From Candidatus Latescibacterota bacterium (GTDB lineage: Bacteria; JAAXHH01): a DNA stretch of 64,000 nt. Shown here piece after piece: positions 37,613-49,878 of the stretch; the first letter of the stretch is position 1; every line of letters starts with the position of its first letter. The stretch is taken from the NCBI GenBank assembly GCA_022822725.1, contig JAJEAN010000007.1:562382-626381 (forward strand), read 5' to 3'. Made by a program: the position numbers and the translations under genes. The notes under the pieces were generated by a model. That model made no database searches. It saw only the letters and a program-made list of their open reading frames with translations, and was not told the origin of the DNA.

Positions 37613-39265
37613 ATGAACGGCACACCCGCGCGGAAATCTGTGGTTGAGGCCGCCCCTGCGCTGCTGTCGCTGGCAGCGGGGTGCCTTACGGTGCTGATCT
37701 TCGCGGTTTCCTGTTCCGGCGACGCCCTTCCCGGGCGGCTGCACCCCGAGGAGAACGTCCTGCGTATCGCCGTGCCTTCGGACCCGCGATCCCTCGATCC
37801 GGCCATCGCCTACGACGTGGTGACCTGGCCGCTGGTGCGCGCCCTGTTCCACGGCCTGATCGATTATGACGACGACCTGAACCTGGTCCCCTGGCACGCG
37901 CGCTCGTGGACCGTCTCCGGAGATGGCCGGACCATTACCTTCAAGTTGCGACGGGACATCCGGTTCTCGAACGGGCGGCCGATCACATCGGAAGATTTCG
38001 CCTGGTCCCTCGAACGGATACTGGATCCGGCCACCAGGTCCCCGGGGCAGGGATTCTATCGGAACATCGCCGGTGCCCGTGCGTTCCAGGACGGTTCGGC
38101 GGACCGGGTCGCGGGCCTGCGCACACCCGACCCCGAGACCCTGGTGATCGAGCTGGCCCATCCCGATCTGCCCTTCCTGTACTGCATGGCCATGCCCTTC
38201 GCGTACGCCGTTCCACGGGAGGAGGTCGAGCGGCGCGGGGAGACCTTCGGGCGGCATCCCGTCGGCGCGGGGCCCTTTGTGCTGGCGGACTGGCAGCGCG
38301 GAACGCGCATGCGGCTCGCGAAGAATCCGTCCTACTACCGGGCGGACGAGATCCGGCTGGAAGCCATCGAACTGATGGTCGGCGGGGACGAGACCCTGCA
38401 CATGATGATGTTCGAACGGGGCGAGCTGGACATTGCGAGCGTCACTTCGACGGGGATTCCGGACGCGGACTTCATCAGGGTAATGAAAGACCCCGTCCTC
38501 CGCGCTCGCGTCGCCCATCAACCGCTGAACGCCATTCAGTACCTTTCCATGAACACCGAGATGCCGCCTTTCGACCATGTGGACGTGCGCAGGGCGGTCA
38601 ACCACGCCATCGACCGGAAGCGGATCGTGAGCCTGATCAGCGACCGGGGCATCCTGGCCCGGGGCGTGCTGCCGCCCGGCATGCCGGGATTCAACGAGGA
38701 TCTCGAAGGGTACGACCACGACCCGGAAAAGGCCCGCCGGCTGCTTGCGGAGGCCGGGTACCCCGAGGGGTTCACCACCGAACTCATGATCACGGCCCAG
38801 AGCGGAATCGATACCAAGATCGGGCAGGCGGTGCAGCAGGACCTCGCGGCGGTCGGCATCACCGTGGAAATCAGGCCGGTCACCGGTTCGACGCGGATCG
38901 AAGCGACGGGCCGGCGCGGCGCGGTACCCTTCTCCACCTTCGGGTGGTACCAGGACTATCCGGATCCGAGCAATTTCCTCGACGTACTGTTGAACGGCAA
39001 CCGGATTACCGAGGTGAACAGCACCAACGTGGCCTTCTATGACAATGAATCGGTGAACGCGCTGCTGAACGAAGCGTCCACCAGCACGGACCAGGCCCAC
39101 CGCCTGGCCCTGTACCAGGAAGCGGAGCGGTTGATCGTGGAGGACGCGCCCTGGGTGTTCCTGTACTATCCGCAAATGTACCTGCTCCGGCAACCGTGGC
39201 TCAAGGGGCTCAGGCTCAATCCGGTCTGGCCCATTCGCTACGAGTTGATGTGGATCGAACCATGA
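37613..39265 (+). CDS. ABC transporter substrate-binding lipoprotein, family 5
   Basis: ATG at 37613 right after the permease stop; lipobox LSLAAGC; family-5 SBP core. The 762-aa ORF 36977..39265 is an artefactual frame merge. Confidence 0.85.
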   Translation: MNGTPARKSVVEAAPALLSLAAGCLTVLIFAVSCSGDALPGRLHPEENVLRIAVPSDPRSLDPAIAYDVVTWPLVRALFHGLIDYDDDLNLVPWHARSWTVSGDGRTITFKLRRDIRFSNGRPITSEDFAWSLERILDPATRSPGQGFYRNIAGARAFQDGSADRVAGLRTPDPETLVIELAHPDLPFLYCMAMPFAYAVPREEVERRGETFGRHPVGAGPFVLADWQRGTRMRLAKNPSYYRADEIRLEAIELMVGGDETLHMMMFERGELDIASVTSTGIPDADFIRVMKDPVLRARVAHQPLNAIQYLSMNTEMPPFDHVDVRRAVNHAIDRKRIVSLISDRGILARGVLPPGMPGFNEDLEGYDHDPEKARRLLAEAGYPEGFTTELMITAQSGIDTKIGQAVQQDLAAVGITVEIRPVTGSTRIEATGRRGAVPFSTFGWYQDYPDPSNFLDVLLNGNRITEVNSTNVAFYDNESVNALLNEASTSTDQAHRLALYQEAERLIVEDAPWVFLYYPQMYLLRQPWLKGLRLNPVWPIRYELMWIEP

Positions 39266-39296
39266 ATCGCGACCGAGACCATAAAAGGACCTCGCC

Positions 39297-40217
39297 ATGT
39301 TGAGCAGGATCCTGCGCCGCCTGGGATGGGCGGCCGTGATACTGTGGGGGACCACGGTAATCACGTTTCTCATCGTGCACGCGGTTCCGGCCGATCCGGT
39401 CCGGGTATACGCGGGGGCGAACGCGGATGCGGAGACGATCGAGCGGATCCGCGCGGAAATGGGCTTCGATGATCCACTCATCGTGCAGTACGGCCGCTAC
39501 ATCGGCAACCTGCTGCGCGGCGACCTCGGCACGTCCCTTGTGACGGGAGAACGGGTGCTCGACGCCCTCCTGGCGCGGTTCCCGGTAACTCTCTCCCTGG
39601 CACTGACGGCCGTATGCCTGTGGATGCTGATGAGCGTGCCGCTGGGTGTCCTCACGGCGAAGTACCGCGGCCGGGCCATCGACCGGGCGGTGCTCATCGT
39701 ATCCCTGGTCGCCATTTCCCTTCCGGTCTTCTGGCTGGCCCGCATGCTGCAGTACTACCTGGCCTACCGGACCGGCCTGTTTCCGGTGGCCGGATGGACG
39801 GGCTGGACCCACATCATCCTGCCGGCGGCGACGCTGGCCCTGGTGATTACGGGGTACTACGCCCGGCTCGTCCACACGAACATGGTGGAGGTGCTGAACG
39901 CCGATTACGTGCGCGTGGCCCGCGCCAAGGGGATCCCCGAATACGTCGTCCTGTTCAAGCACGGGCTGCGGAACGCCGTCATTCCCGTCATTACCGTCCT
40001 CGGCCTCGACATGGCCGCGCTCATGGGCGGCGTGGTGTTTACCGAGAACGTCTTCGCCCTGCCCGGCCTGGGCGTCCTGGCCCTGCAGTCGGTCTTCAAC
40101 CTTGACGTGCCCATGATCATGGGTGTCGTGCTCTTCTCGGCCGCGATGGTGGTCTGTGCCAACATCGTGGTGGATTTCGTGTATATGTGGATCGATCCCA
40201 GGGTCGAGGGGATGTAG
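39297..40217 (+). CDS. peptide/nickel ABC transporter permease (DppB/OppB-like)
   Basis: MLSRILRRLGWAAVILWGTTVITFLIVHAVPADP N-terminus typical. Confidence 0.85.
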   Translation: MLSRILRRLGWAAVILWGTTVITFLIVHAVPADPVRVYAGANADAETIERIRAEMGFDDPLIVQYGRYIGNLLRGDLGTSLVTGERVLDALLARFPVTLSLALTAVCLWMLMSVPLGVLTAKYRGRAIDRAVLIVSLVAISLPVFWLARMLQYYLAYRTGLFPVAGWTGWTHIILPAATLALVITGYYARLVHTNMVEVLNADYVRVARAKGIPEYVVLFKHGLRNAVIPVITVLGLDMAALMGGVVFTENVFALPGLGVLALQSVFNLDVPMIMGVVLFSAAMVVCANIVVDFVYMWIDPRVEGM

Positions 40218-40238
40218 CGATCGCCGCCCGGAGCGCAT

Positions 40239-40850
40239 TCAGGAAAGCAGGGCCGAAGTCAGCAGGTCCACCACCATTTCTTCTTCTTCGTACCCGTATG
40301 CCAGCCACAACTGGTTGTCGTCGTGTTCCAGGATCAGGGTGGGGAACTTGTCGGCATGGAAGGACCGCCGAAGCGCGAAGTCCTCGTGGAGCAACTCGTC
40401 GGCATGGGCCGAAACGAGGTCATCGGAAAAACGCCGGGTATCCAGGTTCAACTCCCCGGCGAGCTGCACGAGGGTTTCCGCGTCCGACGGGTTCCGTGCT
40501 TCGAGGTAGTAGGCCCGCTGGATGGCGTGAAACATCGCCTCGGTCCCGTCCGGCCGCTGCATGCCGGCGGCGATGACCGCACGGCAGGCCGGATAGGTCG
40601 ATCTCCTGGGCTCGCAGTCCTTCCAGAAATCCCAGTTGAATTCAGCGCCCGTCCGTTCGGCGACCAGCCGCCACTGGGACTGCACGTAGGATCGGGTTTC
40701 CTCCGGCATGGGATCCGCTGAATCGCGCGCAAGGCCCCCCATGACGTAACGGATGGGGATTTCTTCCGGGAGCACGCTGGAAACCCCCTCCAGCACGGGA
40801 CTGAATCCCCAGCACCAGGAACACATGGGATCGGCGATGTAGTAGAGCAC
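40239..40850 (-). CDS. DsbA-like thioredoxin-fold protein (FrnE/2-hydroxychromene-2-carboxylate-isomerase-like)
   Basis: N-terminal CSWC (CxxC) in MLYYIADPMCSWCWGF. Confidence 0.75.
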   Translation of the reverse strand: MLYYIADPMCSWCWGFSPVLEGVSSVLPEEIPIRYVMGGLARDSADPMPEETRSYVQSQWRLVAERTGAEFNWDFWKDCEPRRSTYPACRAVIAAGMQRPDGTEAMFHAIQRAYYLEARNPSDAETLVQLAGELNLDTRRFSDDLVSAHADELLHEDFALRRSFHADKFPTLILEHDDNQLWLAYGYEEEEMVVDLLTSALLS

Positions 40851-40987
40851 GTCGCGTTGCAGATTACACCGTCGCTTTCGTCGTTTGCGGACCCCCTAAA
40901 AAGACCTGTGCGAGCGCTATGACGGAACGTATTATAGTGAAGCCGAGACCCATTTAACAAGAGTATATATCGGGAGGAGATGCGCAT

Positions 40988-42076
40988 ATGTTCAACGGAC
41001 TGGGTATGGACATGGGTAACCTGTCTCGCCTGTCGCGCGCCAAAACGCGGTCGATCTCGCCGGAAAACACGGACGGCGGCAAGGGCCGGGGCGGCATGGC
41101 CACGGAGGGCACCGGCGCCCACAACGCGCGGCACCTGGGGCAAGGTTGGAAGATCTCCCCTTCCTTCGACATCGAAGCGGGGGAAACGCTCACCATGGCC
41201 GATATCGTAGGGTCCGGGGCCATACAGCATATCTGGCTGACGCCCACCGGCCACTGGCGCTTCGCCATCCTGCGTATTTACTGGGATGACGAGGAGTATC
41301 CCTCGGTGGAGTGTCCCATGGGCGATTTCTTCGCCTGCGGGTGGAGTGAATACGCCCACGTCTCCTCGCTGGCCGTGTGCGTGAATCCGGCCAGCGCGTT
41401 CAACTGCTACTGGGAGATGCCCTTTCGCAAGCGTTGCCGCATCACGCTGGAGAACATCGCCGACGAGAAGATGCGCGTATACTACCAGATCGACTACACG
41501 CTGACCGAGGTTCCCGACGACATCGGTTATTTCCATGCGAGTTTCCGGCGCACAAACCCCGTTCCGTACAAAGAGGTGTTCACCATCCTGGACGGCGTTC
41601 AGGGGCACGGCCATTACGTCGGCACCTACATGGCGTGGGGATCCAACAGCAACGGATGGTGGGGTGAGGGAGAGATCAAGTTCTACATCGACGGAGACGA
41701 CGAGTTCCCGACGATCTGCGGGACGGGCGTCGAGGACTACTTCTGCGGTTCGTACAACTTCGATATCGATGGCCGGTACGTGGAATATACCACCCCGTAC
41801 GCGGGCATGCCCCAGGTCATCCGTCCCGATGGCATGTACAAGTCCCAGCAGCGGTTCGGCTTGTACCGGTGGCACGTGACCGATCCGGTGCGGTTCGAGG
41901 AGGACCTCAGGGTAACGATCCAGGCGCTGGGGTGGCGGCAGTTGCTCGGGTTCGCGGAAGGCGGACCGTACCAGGCGCTCCAGGACGATGTCGCGTCGGT
42001 GGCCTTCTGGTACCAGACCCTGCCGAGCGCACCCTTTCCCGCGCTGCCGGATCGGGATCAACTGGAAGTCATCTGA
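40988..42076 (+). CDS. DUF2961 domain protein (glycoside hydrolase family 172-like)
   Basis: GEGEIKFYIDGD...CGTGVEDYF motif characteristic of DUF2961. Confidence 0.6.
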   Translation: MFNGLGMDMGNLSRLSRAKTRSISPENTDGGKGRGGMATEGTGAHNARHLGQGWKISPSFDIEAGETLTMADIVGSGAIQHIWLTPTGHWRFAILRIYWDDEEYPSVECPMGDFFACGWSEYAHVSSLAVCVNPASAFNCYWEMPFRKRCRITLENIADEKMRVYYQIDYTLTEVPDDIGYFHASFRRTNPVPYKEVFTILDGVQGHGHYVGTYMAWGSNSNGWWGEGEIKFYIDGDDEFPTICGTGVEDYFCGSYNFDIDGRYVEYTTPYAGMPQVIRPDGMYKSQQRFGLYRWHVTDPVRFEEDLRVTIQALGWRQLLGFAEGGPYQALQDDVASVAFWYQTLPSAPFPALPDRDQLEVI

Positions 42077-42169
42077 AAAATCCTGCGCGGCCGGTCGTAG
42101 CGAATACGGGGCCGCGGCGGGAGTGTGACACGCGGCTGAACGGCTTGCGTACCGGGCCGCGGGAGCATA

Positions 42170-43423
42170 ATGGAACCGGAACAGCTTCAGTCGGTCCGTA
42201 GTCGGATCACCCACACCCTCTTCGTCACCCAGGCCCTCTTCGGCGCCACCCAGGTCGCGGCCTTCACGGTGGTGCCCATCCTGGCGGCGCAGTTGTCCGA
42301 CAGCGAGCGCATGACGGGCGTGCCCATGACCATCGCCTTTCTCGCGCGCTCGATCAGCGCCTTCCCCTTCGGCTGGATCATGGACCGCCTGGGTCGCCGC
42401 GCCGGGCTTACGGCCGGATACCTGTCGTCCCTGATCGCCGCCGCGGCCAGTTTCCTCAGCGTGGCCGTCCACTCCTTCGCGGGATTCTGCGTCGCGTCCT
42501 TTTTCGCCGGTATGGCGCGCAGCTCCAGCGAGCAGGCGCGGTTCATCGGCGCTGAAATCTATCCCGAGTCGGAACGGGCGCGCATCATCGGACGCATCGT
42601 GTCCGCCGGCACCATAAGCGCTATCGGCGGCGCCATGATGGTGGCGCCCGCCGGGATCTGGATCGCGCAGTACGGGTATCCGCCCATGTCGGGACCCTTC
42701 TTCGTCGGCGTGGGCCTGAGCCTGGCGGCCGTCCTGCTTACCCTCTTCCTGGTCCGCCCCGACCCGCTCGACCTCGCCCGGCGCATCAAACCTTCCAACG
42801 AATCGGAAATCGACGCGTCGACCATGCGCCCCGTGCGGGAGATCCTCCGCAACGTGCACGTCCGGTACGGGATTGCGGCCATGGTGATCGGCCAGTTCGT
42901 CATGACGCTGCTCATGGTGATTACGCCCCTGCACATGAGCCATCACGACCATGGCACGTGGCTGATCTCGTGGGTCATCATGGCGCACGCCATCGGCATG
43001 TTCGGCGTTTCCGGCATCACCGGGCGGCTGATCATACGGTGGGGGCAGCACGCTATCGTGAAGTGGGGGGTGCTCATCCTGGTCGTGTCCTGCGTGATTA
43101 CCCCGGTTTCGCCCCGGTTCATCCCCCTGACGATCGCCCTCTTCCTCCTCGGCCTGGGGTGGAACTTCTGTTTCATCGCCGGCTCTTCCCTGCTTTCCAA
43201 CGCGCTCGCGCCCCTGGAACGCGGCCGCGTGCAGGGCGTCAACGAGATGTTCATCGCGCTGTCGGCGAGTTCGGCCAGCCTGGTGACGGGGTTTCTCTTC
43301 GAATCGGGCGGCATGCTGCTGTTGGCGGTGATCGGAGCGGTATGCTCCGTCTGCCTGGGGTTCTGCAGCCTGGTTTATGCAAGGAGAACCGGGCAGCGGA
43401 CGCTGGCGGAGGCGGCCGGTTGA
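42170..43423 (+). CDS. MFS transporter
   Basis: 12-TM organisation, MFS loop motif (GWIMDRLGRRAGL). Confidence 0.8.
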   Translation: MEPEQLQSVRSRITHTLFVTQALFGATQVAAFTVVPILAAQLSDSERMTGVPMTIAFLARSISAFPFGWIMDRLGRRAGLTAGYLSSLIAAAASFLSVAVHSFAGFCVASFFAGMARSSSEQARFIGAEIYPESERARIIGRIVSAGTISAIGGAMMVAPAGIWIAQYGYPPMSGPFFVGVGLSLAAVLLTLFLVRPDPLDLARRIKPSNESEIDASTMRPVREILRNVHVRYGIAAMVIGQFVMTLLMVITPLHMSHHDHGTWLISWVIMAHAIGMFGVSGITGRLIIRWGQHAIVKWGVLILVVSCVITPVSPRFIPLTIALFLLGLGWNFCFIAGSSLLSNALAPLERGRVQGVNEMFIALSASSASLVTGFLFESGGMLLLAVIGAVCSVCLGFCSLVYARRTGQRTLAEAAG

Positions 43424-43455
43424 CTGGGGTTAGTTGAGCGGAGGCGGCCGGCCTG

Positions 43456-44622
43456 CTATGTGGACTCCGGGCGGACCGGAGCGGGGATCTCGTCTACCGA
43501 GGCGCATCCCAGGTTGGTCATGTTCACTTCGAGGTCGGCCTTCAGGATCTCGTAGGCATGATCGCCGCCCGCCTTGCCGAAGGCGCCTACGCCGTACATG
43601 AAAGCCCTTCCCAGCATCACGAAATCAGCGCCCAGCGCGAGCGCCCGGATGATGTCCAGCCCGGTGCGCACCCCGCTGTCGAAGAGGATGCGGGCCCGTC
43701 CGTTGACCTGACGGACGATGGGCGGCAGCGCGTCGATGGCGGCAAGCGTGCCGTCAAACTGCCGTGCGCCGTGGTTCGAGACCTGGATGCCGTCCACGCC
43801 CGCCTCTATCGCCCGCTCTGCGTCGTCGGGGTGAAGGATGCCCTTGACGATCACCGGTCCGTCCCACAGATCACGGACTTCACGGACATAGTCCCAGTCG
43901 AGGGTGCCGCCCAGTTCCTGGCCGACGTAACTCGCCACCTCGCCCATCTGCTTCGAATCGGCGTACTTCTCGATGGCCCTGAGCCGGGGAAGACCGGCGA
44001 GCAGGGTCTGGATCGTCCACGTGGGATGAGTCAGCGCTTCGTACACGAATCCGGCGGTGATCCGCGGCGGTGTCTCCAGGCCCGCGCGGCTGGTCCGTTC
44101 CCTGCGGCTGCCCATGGGCACGTCGGCCGTCACCACGAGCGTATGGAATCCGGCCCCCATCGCGCGCTTCAGCAAATCGTCGCGTATTTCCCGGCGCCGG
44201 GGCGGATAGAGCTGGAACCAGCCCATGTCGCCCGCGATGGGACCGACCGTTTCGGGCGCCTGCGTGGCCACCGTACTCAGGCAGTAGGGCAAGCGGTACT
44301 TCGCGGCCGAGGCCGCCAGGATGAACTCCGCCCGGGGCCACATGAGCCCGGTGAGTCCCACCGGCGCCATGCCGAAGGGCACGCTGTAGGTCCTGCCGAA
44401 CAGGGTCGTGGTCAGATCGGGTTTCAGGTCGCCCTTCATGAAAACCGGTGCGAGCGTGACCTCCGCCATGCGTTCCAGGTTCCTCGCCACGGCTCTTTCG
44501 TCGCCCGTGCCGCAGTCGAGATACTCCCAGGCAATGTGTGGCAACCGCTTGTGCGTCAGCCTGCGCAGGTCGCTCACAGCAGGGTAACGTTGCAACCGCC
44601 GTTTGAATCGCTTTTCAGTCAT
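43456..44622 (-). CDS. FMN-dependent alpha-hydroxy-acid dehydrogenase/oxidase (L-lactate dehydrogenase LldD / glycolate oxidase family)
   Basis: Family motifs SNHGARQ and GADFVMLGR. Confidence 0.85.
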   Translation of the reverse strand: MTEKRFKRRLQRYPAVSDLRRLTHKRLPHIAWEYLDCGTGDERAVARNLERMAEVTLAPVFMKGDLKPDLTTTLFGRTYSVPFGMAPVGLTGLMWPRAEFILAASAAKYRLPYCLSTVATQAPETVGPIAGDMGWFQLYPPRRREIRDDLLKRAMGAGFHTLVVTADVPMGSRRERTSRAGLETPPRITAGFVYEALTHPTWTIQTLLAGLPRLRAIEKYADSKQMGEVASYVGQELGGTLDWDYVREVRDLWDGPVIVKGILHPDDAERAIEAGVDGIQVSNHGARQFDGTLAAIDALPPIVRQVNGRARILFDSGVRTGLDIIRALALGADFVMLGRAFMYGVGAFGKAGGDHAYEILKADLEVNMTNLGCASVDEIPAPVRPEST

Positions 44623-44765
44623 GCGTTTCGTACCGATTCGACTGGAAATGATCGGTTGATTTCGACCGTGGTACTTCGTAATTTGCTACGGTTCCCGCGC
44701 CTCAGGTTCAGGCGTGGATCGTACCCCAAGATAAACGTACGCATCAAAAAGGCAAGGCGATCAGA

Positions 44766-46940
<2,175 letters not shown>

Positions 46941-46965
46941 TGATCCCAACCGTCGGATATGCGCC

Positions 46966-48051
46966 ATGAAGGAAACTGTTCGCATCGGCATGATCGGCGC
47001 AGGGCACATCGCCCATTCGCATGCGGAGGCGTGGCAGAAAGAAGCTTCGCTGACCGCGGTGGCCAGCCGCCGTGTCGAAAGCGCCAGGTCCCTGGCGGAA
47101 CGGCACGGCATACCCCACGTGTGCCGGGACGCGAGTGAGCTGTTGCACCGCAACGACATCGACGCCGTCGGCATCGCCACGCCCCATCACCTGCACCATC
47201 CCATCGCCCTCGCAGCCCTGGCGGCCGGCAAATCCGTGTTTTGCGAGAAGCCCCTTGCACTCGATGGTTCGCAGGCCCGGGAAATGTGGTCCGAAGCCCG
47301 CCGCCGGGCGGCAAAAACAGGCGTGCAATCGGGCATCCGCCTTTTTCCGGCGCTCCGTCTCCTTTCCCGCCTGTTGCGGGAGGGTCGGGCCGGCAATATC
47401 CATACTTTCGACGCCCACTGGTCCTTCGACTGGGCCAGGGATCCCGGCTTTCCGCTGACCTGGCGGTTCAGGCGGGCCGAGGCCGGAACCGGGGCCCTGG
47501 GCGACCTCGGCGTATACATGATCGATGCGGTCCGCTGGCTGGTCGGCGAGATCGCGCAGGTCAACGCGGAACTGGCAGTATACATTCCGCGGCGTCCTGT
47601 ACTGACTTCGCCCGGACACTTCGGCGAACTGCGCCGGCTGCATCGAGCGGAGCAACTGGAGGTATCACGGGAGACCGGACCGGTGGAAAACGATGACGTC
47701 TGCCAGGTGCTGCTGCGGTTTGAAAACGGCGCCCGTGGGTCGATCCGGGCCAGCCGGCTTCACCAGGAACATTCCATCCGGATAGATTGCGAGCGGACAT
47801 CCTACCGCTGGCAGATGACGGGAGACCGGCGCCTCATGGAGCGGTCCAAGGGAGCGGAATACACGCCCGTCGAAATGCCGGAACCACCAGGTGGCGGCAC
47901 CATCGTGACGACGTTTCTCCAGAACATCCGGAGAGATGAGGACAAGGCGCCCACGTTCCGTGACGGCCTGGCGGCCCAGCTCGTCATAGACGCGGCGGTC
48001 AGGTCCCACGAAACGGGCGGGTGGGTAGATGTGCCGAACGCCGAAGGGTAG
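46966..48051 (+). CDS. Gfo/Idh/MocA family oxidoreductase
   Basis: RIGMIGAGHIAHSH Rossmann motif, EKP motif (FCEKPLA). Confidence 0.85.
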   Translation: MKETVRIGMIGAGHIAHSHAEAWQKEASLTAVASRRVESARSLAERHGIPHVCRDASELLHRNDIDAVGIATPHHLHHPIALAALAAGKSVFCEKPLALDGSQAREMWSEARRRAAKTGVQSGIRLFPALRLLSRLLREGRAGNIHTFDAHWSFDWARDPGFPLTWRFRRAEAGTGALGDLGVYMIDAVRWLVGEIAQVNAELAVYIPRRPVLTSPGHFGELRRLHRAEQLEVSRETGPVENDDVCQVLLRFENGARGSIRASRLHQEHSIRIDCERTSYRWQMTGDRRLMERSKGAEYTPVEMPEPPGGGTIVTTFLQNIRRDEDKAPTFRDGLAAQLVIDAAVRSHETGGWVDVPNAEG

Positions 48052-48095
48052 CGCGAGCAAATAGGTAATGCGAACTGATGGGAAGAGCGTAAGTT

Positions 48096-48890
48096 ATGAA
48101 TCTCACGTGGGAAAGAGCGCATATGCCCTCCGGGACGGAAGAAATCCTGAACAAGCGTACGCTTTCTTCCTCGCACCGAAGGCTTAACGAACTGCTCCAA
48201 CCCGGGATGCGCGTATTGGATATTGGCTGCGGAACCGGGGCGATCACGAAAGGAATATTTGAAGCAACCCATCCCGGTATTGCCGTAGGTCTCGACATCG
48301 ACGTCGGTCTGATCCGTCAGGCACATGATTCGTACGCGCACGGCCCATGTTATGTCGTGGCCGACCTTTATCGTGTCCCATTTACAAGGAAGTTTGACCT
48401 GACAAGTGCGGCCAGGGTGTTACAGTGGCTTTCCGATCCCGGCAGGGCGATCGAATGCTGCATAAGCGCAACTAAGCCGGGCGGCCGGTTTCTGGCACTG
48501 GACTACAATCATGAGAAGATCGCATGGGAACCCTGTCCACCCTCGAGTATGATGTTATTTTACAAAGCGTTTCTGGCCTGGCGGTCCGATGCCGGCATGG
48601 ACAACGCGATTGCCGACCGTCTCGCTTCTGAATTCGGACGGCTGGGCCTTATTGATATACGTGTTACCGAACAACACGAACGTTCCGACAGTTTGCACGC
48701 CAATGACAAGTCCCGTCTCGCTATCTGGTCGTCAGTCGCCGCCACCCGGGGACATCAAATGGTGAAAGATGGGTACCTTACCGAGTTGCAGCGGATAACC
48801 GCGGAGCAGGACTTTCGTGATTGGACAGATTCCACGGCCGTTACCCAGACCATATACCTGTTGGCCGTTGAGGGACGGGTACCGGGGTAA
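48096..48890 (+). CDS. class I SAM-dependent methyltransferase
   Basis: VLDIGCGTG motif I, DLYRVPF motif, typical spacing. Confidence 0.8.
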   Translation: MNLTWERAHMPSGTEEILNKRTLSSSHRRLNELLQPGMRVLDIGCGTGAITKGIFEATHPGIAVGLDIDVGLIRQAHDSYAHGPCYVVADLYRVPFTRKFDLTSAARVLQWLSDPGRAIECCISATKPGGRFLALDYNHEKIAWEPCPPSSMMLFYKAFLAWRSDAGMDNAIADRLASEFGRLGLIDIRVTEQHERSDSLHANDKSRLAIWSSVAATRGHQMVKDGYLTELQRITAEQDFRDWTDSTAVTQTIYLLAVEGRVPG

Positions 48891-48893
48891 ACT

Positions 48894-49787
48894 ATGAAAC
48901 TGGACTATCTGCTCATATCCGCGACGGAACTGGAACAGGAACCGGTCCGGGCGCGGATGGAAATCTCCGGGACGGACCATCCCCTTGCCCGGCCCTGGCA
49001 CCTGGGTGCATTGTGCGGGAAGCCGGTACTCCTGATCGAGGGCGGCGTGGGACTGGTCAACACGGCCGCGGCCCTGACCCTTGCGCTGACTCGCCATGAT
49101 CCCGACATGATCCTGCAATTCGGGGTAGGCGGCGCATACGTGCGGCCCGGTCTCAATGTGGGTGACCTTGCCATTGCTACGGAGGAATGCTATGGCGACA
49201 CGGGGGTTCTGGCACCGGAAGGCTGGATCGACCTGGAAGGGATGGGTTTTCCCACGGTTCCCACCCGGACCGACGCCTATGGGCTAACCGACGCCTATGG
49301 ACAAACCGACCCCCACGGGCAAATCGAGCATTCCGGGCAGACCGGGCATTCCGGGCAGACCGGGCACTCTGGGCAGACCGGGCATTCCGGGCAGACCGGA
49401 CCGGCAGGACGGCCGCCCAGGGAACCGCTGTACAACCGGATACCGCTCGATGACGCGCGCGCGGAGCACATCCGGCAATGCCTGGAATCCGGACTGGAGG
49501 GAACCGCGGCGCACAAAATCATGGCTGGTCCCTTTGTCACCGTGCAGCAATGCAGCGGCGTACAGTCGGTCGGAGATACCATGGCTGCCCGCTACGATGG
49601 GATATGCGAGAACATGGAAGGCGCGGCGGCGGCCCACGTTGCCGTCGCCAACGGGGTCCCCTTCGTGGAGATACGCGGCATCAGCAACCGGGTGGTCGAC
49701 CGGGACCTGTCCGGGTGGAACCTGCCCCTGGCGATCAGGCGCTGTCATCAAGCGATCGAACTGATCGTAAAACAAGGGACCCGCTGA
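48894..49787 (+). CDS. mqnB: futalosine hydrolase (MqnB; PNP/UDP phosphorylase family) with in-frame repeat insertion
   Basis: PNP_UDP_1-type N-terminus, adjacent mqnD. The 297-aa length is inflated by a tandem-repeat-encoded insert (TDAYG x2, HSGQTG x4). Confidence 0.65.
   Translation: MKLDYLLISATELEQEPVRARMEISGTDHPLARPWHLGALCGKPVLLIEGGVGLVNTAAALTLALTRHDPDMILQFGVGGAYVRPGLNVGDLAIATEECYGDTGVLAPEGWIDLEGMGFPTVPTRTDAYGLTDAYGQTDPHGQIEHSGQTGHSGQTGHSGQTGHSGQTGPAGRPPREPLYNRIPLDDARAEHIRQCLESGLEGTAAHKIMAGPFVTVQQCSGVQSVGDTMAARYDGICENMEGAAAAHVAVANGVPFVEIRGISNRVVDRDLSGWNLPLAIRRCHQAIELIVKQGTR
49329..49400. repeat. 18-bp tandem repeat x4 (cattccgggcagaccggg) in frame inside mqnB, preceded by a 15-bp tandem (accgacgcctatggg x2) at 49269-49300
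   Basis: Direct reading. Confidence 0.9.
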
Positions 49788-49878
49788 TGAACCATATGGT
49801 CCTGGTGCATCCTTTTCCAGGTAGTGCAAGCAATGCTGGTCCTGTGCGCGGACGGACGTAACGCAGACGGATGGTACC

